From Thermosulfurimonas dismutans (GTDB taxonomy: Bacteria > Desulfobacterota > Thermodesulfobacteria > Thermodesulfobacteriales > Thermodesulfobacteriaceae): 32,000 nucleotides of DNA. Under the pieces are notes generated by a model. The model did not search any database. It was not told the DNA's origin and was given only the letters and a program-made list of their open reading frames with translations. The position numbers and the translations under genes are program-made. Positions 26,558-32,000 of the stretch are shown in pieces. The stretch covers positions 62,684 to 94,683 of the forward strand of contig NZ_LWLG01000006.1 of NCBI RefSeq assembly GCF_001652585.1, read 5' to 3'. Positions within the stretch are counted from its first letter, which is position 1, and every line of letters begins with the position of its first letter.

Positions 26558-27388
26558 ATGATCGAGGAATTCTTCTTTAAACTGGCCTTCATCCTTTATC
26601 TAATTTCAACAGTGGGTTTCTTTATTTATTTCTATTCTCTAAAACCTGAAGCCTTGAAAGGGGCCAGGCTCGTCCTTCTAGGAGGATTTTTCTGTCACAC
26701 CCTGAACATTGTTCTCCGGTTAAAGATCTTGAAAGCCCCTCCGGTAGCCTCTTTTCACGAAAGCAGTTCTTTTCTGGCCTGGGCGGTGGTAGGGGTCTAT
26801 TTCTTTTTCGTCTATCGCGGTCCCAAAGTCTATACTCTGGGGACTTTTCTTCTCCCTTTAGTGCTTCTTCTCATGATAGCTTCAGCCATATCTCCTTCGG
26901 AGATCACACCTTTGCCCCCGGTACTCCAAAGTCTATGGCTCCCGATACACGCAATCATCTCCCTTTTTTCCTACGCCTTTTTCCTCACGGCTGCGGTAGC
27001 AGGCTTCATGTACCTTCTCCAAGAAAGGCAGGTCAAACACAAACATCTGGGAGGCATCTTCAGACGCCTGCCTCCGCTTGAGTCTCTCGACCGTATAAAC
27101 GAGCTCTCTCTGAAATACGGTTTCCCTCTTCTTACTCTAGGGATCATCACCGGAGCCCTCTGGGCGGAAAAGGCCTGGGGAACCTATTGGAGCTGGGACC
27201 CCAAGGAGACCTGGTCCCTCATCCTCTGGTTCATTTACGCGGCCCTGCTTCACGAGCGTCTCATCGTAGGCTGGCGGGGAAGAAGGGCCGCCATGATGGC
27301 CCTTTTGGGATTTTTTGTCTGGATAATCAGCTTTTTTGTGGTAAATCTTTTTTTACCGGGGCTTCACAGCTATGGAAAATGGTCCTAA
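26558..27388 (+). CDS. CcsA/ResC-family cytochrome c assembly (heme-handling) protein, HemX-like
   Basis: Polytopic membrane protein carrying the tryptophan-rich WWD-type motif WGTYWSWDPKETWSLILWFIYAALLH. It lies immediately upstream of hemA and overlaps it. Confidence 0.8.
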   Translation: MIEEFFFKLAFILYLISTVGFFIYFYSLKPEALKGARLVLLGGFFCHTLNIVLRLKILKAPPVASFHESSSFLAWAVVGVYFFFVYRGPKVYTLGTFLLPLVLLLMIASAISPSEITPLPPVLQSLWLPIHAIISLFSYAFFLTAAVAGFMYLLQERQVKHKHLGGIFRRLPPLESLDRINELSLKYGFPLLTLGIITGALWAEKAWGTYWSWDPKETWSLILWFIYAALLHERLIVGWRGRRAAMMALLGFFVWIISFFVVNLFLPGLHSYGKWS

Positions 27389-28727
27389 GGAGAAAATACT
27401 CATTCTTGGCCTCAATCACCGGACGGCTCCGGTGGAGGTCCGGGAGTGTTTCGCCCTCAAAAACGTTTCTGAACATCCTTTAGCCATTCTAAAACGGGAA
27501 CTCCCCGAAGCTGAAGAGGTACTGTTTCTTTCAACCTGCAACCGGGTAGAGTTTATTTTAGTTTCAAAGACTTCGGACCAAACCCTAAAGAGCCTGAAAG
27601 AGATCCTCGTCAGGACCACCGGGCTGGAGGTAGCCCGGTTTGAGGATCACCTTTACTTCTACGAGAACCGAGATGCGGTAAGGCATCTTTTCCGGGTAGC
27701 TTCAGGACTAGATTCTCTGGTTCTGGGAGAACCTCAGATCCTAGGCCAGGTAAAAGAAGCCTATCGGGAAGCAGTGGAATACCGCACCACGGGCCCCATT
27801 TTGAATCGGCTTCTACACAAGACCTTTTCGGTAGCCAAACGGGTGCGTACCGAGACCGGCATCGGGTCCCATGCGGTCTCGGTAAGCTATGCGGCGGTGG
27901 AACTGGCCAAAAAGATCTTCGGTTCCCTCAAAGGGCGTACGGCGCTCTTGGTGGGAGCGGGCGAAATGGCCGAGCTTGCGGCTCAGCACCTTATCTCTGC
28001 GGGGGTCTCCCGGATGCTGGTGGCTAACCGTACCCTTTCCCGGGCCATTGAGCTTGCCGAACGTTTTCGCGGAAAGGCTTATGGCCTTGAGGAACTTCCG
28101 GAATGTCTCCTTGAAACCGACATTGTAATCACTTCCACCGGAGCCCCGGGTTATGTGATCACCCGAGATATGGTGAAACCCCTTTTGCGCAAAAGGCGAC
28201 TGCGGCCGCTCTTTTTCATAGATATCGCCGTGCCCCGAGATGTAGAACCCGCAGTCAACGAGCTCGAAAACATCTACGTCTTTGACATCGACGATCTCAA
28301 ACAGGTGGTAGAGGAAAACCTAGGTCGGCGAAAGCAGGAAGCCCTGCGAGCCGAGAAGATCGTGGAGGAAGAGGTCCTCAAATTCGAAAGGTGGCTACGA
28401 GAACTTGCGGTCTATCCTACCATCAAGGCCCTGCGGGAGAAGGCCGAAGCCATCCGAAGACGGGAGCTTGAAAAGACCCTCGGCCGTCTGGACCTTTCAC
28501 CGGAAGAGAAAGAAGCCATCGAGACTTTGACGGAATCCTTAATCCAAAAGCTTCTTCACGATCCCATTTCCTACCTAAAGTCTGGCTATCACCGAGAAGG
28601 GCGTGAAGCCATTGTGACCGTACGCCGGATCTTCAATCTGGATCAGGAAGAGCCGGGCTCCTCGCCTACCTTTGAGGAGCTCAGTGGGGCTGAGGAGGCC
28701 ACGGAAATCCCTAAAAAATGGCATTAA
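27372..28727 (+). CDS. hemA: Glutamyl-tRNA reductase
   Basis: [25 protein letters not shown] (catalytic Cys), the [10 protein letters not shown] motif, and an NADPH-binding GAGEMAE. Confidence 0.93.
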   Translation: MENGPKEKILILGLNHRTAPVEVRECFALKNVSEHPLAILKRELPEAEEVLFLSTCNRVEFILVSKTSDQTLKSLKEILVRTTGLEVARFEDHLYFYENRDAVRHLFRVASGLDSLVLGEPQILGQVKEAYREAVEYRTTGPILNRLLHKTFSVAKRVRTETGIGSHAVSVSYAAVELAKKIFGSLKGRTALLVGAGEMAELAAQHLISAGVSRMLVANRTLSRAIELAERFRGKAYGLEELPECLLETDIVITSTGAPGYVITRDMVKPLLRKRRLRPLFFIDIAVPRDVEPAVNELENIYVFDIDDLKQVVEENLGRRKQEALRAEKIVEEEVLKFERWLRELAVYPTIKALREKAEAIRRRELEKTLGRLDLSPEEKEAIETLTESLIQKLLHDPISYLKSGYHREGREAIVTVRRIFNLDQEEPGSSPTFEELSGAEEATEIPKKWH

Positions 28728-29143
28728 AAGGGGAGATCCTCGTCTGGCGGAGGTTCAGGTAAAGATTCTTCTCTAGGAGAGCCAAACGAATCCGAAGGGC
28801 CGCTCTCCATAGTGTCCCGGCGACCGTCAAGCATACGCATATCGTTGGCCACGATTTCGGTAACATAGCGTCGGTTGCCGTCACGATCCTCAAAAGAGCG
28901 GGTACGTATCCGACCTTCAATATAAACCTGACGTCCCTTGGAGAGATACTCCCCGCAGATTTCGGCCAGGCGCCCGAAGGCTACGATACGATGCCACTCG
29001 GTATGTTCCTGCCGTTCCCCGTTTTTCACCCAAACCTCATTGGTGGCAATACGAAAAGTGGCTACCGGCTGGCCGTCGGCGGTATAGCGGATCTCAGGAT
29101 CCGCACCGAGTCGCCCGATAAGGATCACTTTGTTTACACTCAT
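28724..29143 (-). CDS. ssb: Single-stranded DNA-binding protein
   Basis: [23 protein letters not shown]-fold N-terminus and an acidic C-terminal tip, PPDEDLPF. Confidence 0.95.
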   Translation of the reverse strand: MSVNKVILIGRLGADPEIRYTADGQPVATFRIATNEVWVKNGERQEHTEWHRIVAFGRLAEICGEYLSKGRQVYIEGRIRTRSFEDRDGNRRYVTEIVANDMRMLDGRRDTMESGPSDSFGSPREESLPEPPPDEDLPF

Positions 29144-29146
29144 AAG

Positions 29147-29536
29147 TTAACCCTCCAGAACTTTGAGATAGACCTTACGGGTACGGGGGCCATCGTATTC
29201 CGCAAAGAAAATTCTTTGCCAGGTGCCAAGAACAAGTCTTCCGTCCTCGATAAGGACCGACATACAGGGCCCGGTAAGACTAGCCTTCACGTGCGCCGGT
29301 GAATTGCCTTCCAGATGACGATAGGGATGTTCATAGGGGGCCAGACGCTTGTAAATATCGAGGATATCCTCAGCCACCGCCGGATCTGCTCCCTCGTTGA
29401 TAATGATACCGGCCGTGGTGTGAGGCACATAAAGGAAACAAACCCCACTTTTTATCCCCTTTACCCGCCGGGCAACCTCATCGGTAATGTCTATAAGTTG
29501 GGCCCTGCTAGTGCTTTTTACGGTAAGGATCTCCAT
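29147..29536 (-). CDS. YjbQ-family (UPF0047) secondary thiamine-phosphate synthase-like protein
   Basis: LYVPHTTAGIIINEGADP, NSPAHVKASLTG and LGTWQRIFFAEYDGPR are family-typical blocks. Confidence 0.85.
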   Translation of the reverse strand: MEILTVKSTSRAQLIDITDEVARRVKGIKSGVCFLYVPHTTAGIIINEGADPAVAEDILDIYKRLAPYEHPYRHLEGNSPAHVKASLTGPCMSVLIEDGRLVLGTWQRIFFAEYDGPRTRKVYLKVLEG

Positions 29537-29583
29537 GCCTCCCCTCCCGAGGAACTTACCAAACTATATCCCCTATCCCGAGC

Positions 29584-29612
29584 TTGTCAAAGAGAGGCTT
29601 CCCCGGCATAAT
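29584..29612 (+). promoter_or_regulatory. Candidate promoter for the CBS-domain gene
   Basis: TTGTCA at 29584-29589, a 17-nt spacer, then CATAAT at 29607-29612. This lies about 30 nt upstream of a GGAGG RBS and the ATG at 29646. Sequence match only. Confidence 0.35.
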
Positions 29613-29645
29613 GAAAATGAGAAATTCTATATTTGGAGGCCAGAA

Positions 29646-30371
29646 ATGCTGGTGAAAGACTGGATGAGCGAAGAAGTCATAGTCCTTGATGAAAACGCCT
29701 CTATCATGAAGGCGTCTCAGATTATGAAAGAGCACAACATCCGACGAATCCCGGTGGTAAGGCAAGGGAAACTGGTGGGTATTGTAAGCGATAGGGACAT
29801 TAAAGAAGCAACCCCTTCCAAGGCTACCTCTCTGGATGTTCACGAACTCTATTATCTCCTGGCGGAAGTTCGAGTAAAGGACATCATGACCCCGGATCCC
29901 ATCTATGTAAAACCGGAGGATACGGTAGAATACGCGGCAGTGCTCATGCTTGAGAATCGAATTTCCGGGCTTCCAGTGGTAGACGAGGAAAAGCGCGTGG
30001 TGGGTATCATAACCCAGACCGACGTTTTCAAACTTTTCGTAAATATCACCGGTATCTATCAGGGACCCATTCAGATTGGTCTGGAGATAGACGAATCCAC
30101 CACGTTGGATGAAGTCACGGCCCTGGTGGTAAAACAAGGGGCCAGGATCATAAGTATTCTAACCTATCCCGAAGAGCTGGATCTTGCTAGACGTCAGGTC
30201 TTCATTCGTATCACGGATTTAGAAGAAGATAAGTTCAAGGCTCTGTTATCAGAGTTAGAAAAACGCTATCGGGTACGCTACTGGGCCCGGGATGATGTCA
30301 CCAAGATCAAACCCCGAGACATCAGCGCCACCAGAAAAGCCATCTTAGAGGAGAGCCTGGCCGAGGTCTAA
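29646..30371 (+). CDS. CBS-pair protein with a C-terminal ACT-like domain (AcuB-like)
   Basis: Two CBS motifs (IRRIPVVRQGKLVGIVSDRDI and ISGLPVVDEEKRVVGIITQTDV). The ATG at 29646 has GGAGG 6 nt upstream. The track start at 29487 would overlap yjbQ and adds non-protein-like sequence. Confidence 0.8.
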   Translation: MLVKDWMSEEVIVLDENASIMKASQIMKEHNIRRIPVVRQGKLVGIVSDRDIKEATPSKATSLDVHELYYLLAEVRVKDIMTPDPIYVKPEDTVEYAAVLMLENRISGLPVVDEEKRVVGIITQTDVFKLFVNITGIYQGPIQIGLEIDESTTLDEVTALVVKQGARIISILTYPEELDLARRQVFIRITDLEEDKFKALLSELEKRYRVRYWARDDVTKIKPRDISATRKAILEESLAEV

Positions 30372-32000
30372 TAGGAGGCACTTCTCTTATTTCCGGAGCT
30401 CGGTTTTCGGGATAGGGGAGCCAGATCTCCTCCGGTTTCCCTCGGGGATCGTGGTCCTTAAAAGGTACAAAAGTAATGCCTTCTGGTATCTGAAAGTCTT
30501 CGACCGGATGCTGGACAGCCTGCATGACCGCCAGCCACACCGGACAGGCGGCCCGGCCTCCGGTCTCAAGTCTTCCTAGAGATCGGGGGCGATCATGCCC
30601 TACCCAGACCCCGCAGGTGTATCGGGGGGTAAAGCCTATAAACCAGGCATCCTGATAGCGATCCGTGGTTCCAGTTTTACCACCCGTCGGTATGCCTAAG
30701 GCCCTAGCACATCGCCCGGTGCCTTCCCTAACCACTTCCTTGAGAAAAAAAGTGAGCACGTAAGCCGTTTCCTCGGAAAGAACTTGTTTGGGTTCGACAC
30801 TCAGGCGATAGATCTCCCTACCCTCTCGGTCATAAATAGTCTCTACAAAGTGGGGAAAAACTAATTTGCCTCCATTTGGAAAGACGGTGTAGGCCCGAGT
30901 AAGCTCAAGGGGAGAGATACCGGCTGTCCCCAAAGCCACGGAGTAGTTCCGGGGAAAAGTGGCCGTGATGCCCACCATACGAGCGGTCTCCTCCACTTCT
31001 GAAATACCAAGTGCCCGGGCAATCTTGACTGCTACCGTGTTGCGAGATTCCACCAGGGCCAGTCTCAGGGAAATGATTCCAAAATAACGATGGTCGAAGT
31101 TCCGAGGACGCCAGAGGCTATCCGGCTCTTCGCCGAGGAAAACCACCGGTTCGTCCACCACCAGGGAGTCCGGGAAAAGAAGGCCGTCTTCTAGAGCCCG
31201 AGCCCAAAGGAAGGGTTTGAAGGCTGAACCCGGCTGTCGACGGGCAAAGACTGCCCGATTAAATTGACTTTCCTCGTAATCCCGGCCTCCGATAAGAAGC
31301 CTCACCGCTCCGCTCTGGTTTTCCAGGCAAACCACCGCCAATTGCGGGAGCTCCTTCTTACGATGACGTTTGGGGATCTCGGTCAGTTTTTTCAAGGCCT
31401 TTGGCCAGGCCTTCTCCGTCCAGGAAAGATCCAGTGAAGTATAAATGCGGTAGCCACCGATAAGGAGATTATGTTCTCCAAGCATGCGCTCAAGACGCTT
31501 ACGCACCACCTGGAGAAAATAGCCTGCCAGAGGATTCGAAGAAAAGTCTTCAGGATTGAGCTTTAGAGGGGTAGAGTCTGCCCGACGAGCGGTTTCCCAG
31601 GTAATATAACCCTCCTCAGCCATACGCCGCAGGACATAACTTCGACGTTTGAGAGCCAGTTTCGGATTCTTTAGGGGATTAAACCGACTGGGGGCTGGAG
31701 TAAGACCGGCAATAAGCGCGGCTTCGGGAAGAGTCAGTTCCCAGACGTGTTTCCCAAAATAGGTCCTGGCCGCAGATTCCACCCCGTAGGCCCCGGCCCC
31801 AAGATAGATGTGGTTGAGATAGATATTGAGGATCTCGTCTTTGGAAAGGGCCTTGTCGATCTGCCAGGCTAGGATAGCCTCCCGAATTTTACGGGAAATC
31901 GTCCTTTCACGGGATAGGAGGAGAGAACGGGCCACCTGTTGGGTAATGGTACTTCCTCCCTGGACAACTCGGCCGGCCCGGATATCGGCCAAAATAGCCC
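30322..32000 (-). CDS. Penicillin-binding protein 1A-type bifunctional transglycosylase/transpeptidase. Partial: the N-terminus lies beyond the right edge.
   Basis: GT51 motifs (GGSTITQQVAR, RKIREAILA), then transpeptidase motifs SAFKP (SxxK), SRN and KTGTT. The ORF stays open to position 32000. Confidence 0.92.
   Translation of the reverse strand, partial: AILADIRAGRVVQGGSTITQQVARSLLLSRERTISRKIREAILAWQIDKALSKDEILNIYLNHIYLGAGAYGVESAARTYFGKHVWELTLPEAALIAGLTPAPSRFNPLKNPKLALKRRSYVLRRMAEEGYITWETARRADSTPLKLNPEDFSSNPLAGYFLQVVRKRLERMLGEHNLLIGGYRIYTSLDLSWTEKAWPKALKKLTEIPKRHRKKELPQLAVVCLENQSGAVRLLIGGRDYEESQFNRAVFARRQPGSAFKPFLWARALEDGLLFPDSLVVDEPVVFLGEEPDSLWRPRNFDHRYFGIISLRLALVESRNTVAVKIARALGISEVEETARMVGITATFPRNYSVALGTAGISPLELTRAYTVFPNGGKLVFPHFVETIYDREGREIYRLSVEPKQVLSEETAYVLTFFLKEVVREGTGRCARALGIPTGGKTGTTDRYQDAWFIGFTPRYTCGVWVGHDRPRSLGRLETGGRAACPVWLAVMQAVQHPVEDFQIPEGITFVPFKDHDPRGKPEEIWLPYPENRAPEIREVPPIRPRPGSPLRWLFWWR

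Noticed and set aside
29487-29645. An upstream extension of the CBS-domain ORF overlapping the yjbQ start
   Set aside because: The extension reads as non-protein-like sequence and would overlap the divergent gene. A GGAGG RBS and a promoter-like TTGTCA-N17-CATAAT support the start at 29646.
1-32000. A search for CRISPR arrays, tandem or inverted repeats, IS elements, integrases, and tRNA/rRNA genes
   Set aside because: I noticed no repeat-spacer periodicity, terminal inverted repeats, recombinase motifs or tRNA/rRNA-like conserved strings. This was a scan by eye, so short or degenerate elements could have been missed.

Overview
This is a gene-dense chromosomal window with about 31 protein genes on both strands and almost no intergenic DNA. 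Strong GGAGG ribosome-binding sites and E/K/R-rich proteins suggest a thermophilic, Thermodesulfobacteriota-like anaerobe, but that is inference only. Most of the window is housekeeping:
- the ffh / rpsP-KH-rimM-trmD-rplS-rnhB-yraN cluster;
- nrdJ, birA, tyrA, lgt, rpoD, hemA, ssb, aroF and a PBP1A gene;
- a TolC-MFP-RND efflux operon.

I found no rRNA, tRNA, CRISPR array, transposase or integrase by eye.

The best candidate for an unusual system is at the left edge. A 10-heme c-type cytochrome lipoprotein (1800..2858, minus) is followed 54 nt later by a large signal-peptide-bearing outer-membrane beta-barrel-like ORF (1745..1, minus). That ORF runs off the window and is absent from the supplied ORF track. 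Together they resemble an MtrAB/PioAB-type porin-cytochrome electron conduit. The barrel partner also carries a single CXXCH heme-binding motif.

Other points worth a second look:
- a TrmD protein fused to a second SPOUT-like domain;
- a Tpt1/KptA-like protein that lacks the catalytic residues;
- a 592-aa unknown protein at the tail of the trmD operon;
- a probable leaderless nrdJ;
- five of six convergent gene junctions overlap, three of them through a palindromic 4-nt shared stop.

All functional calls come from reading motifs in the translations. No database search was run.
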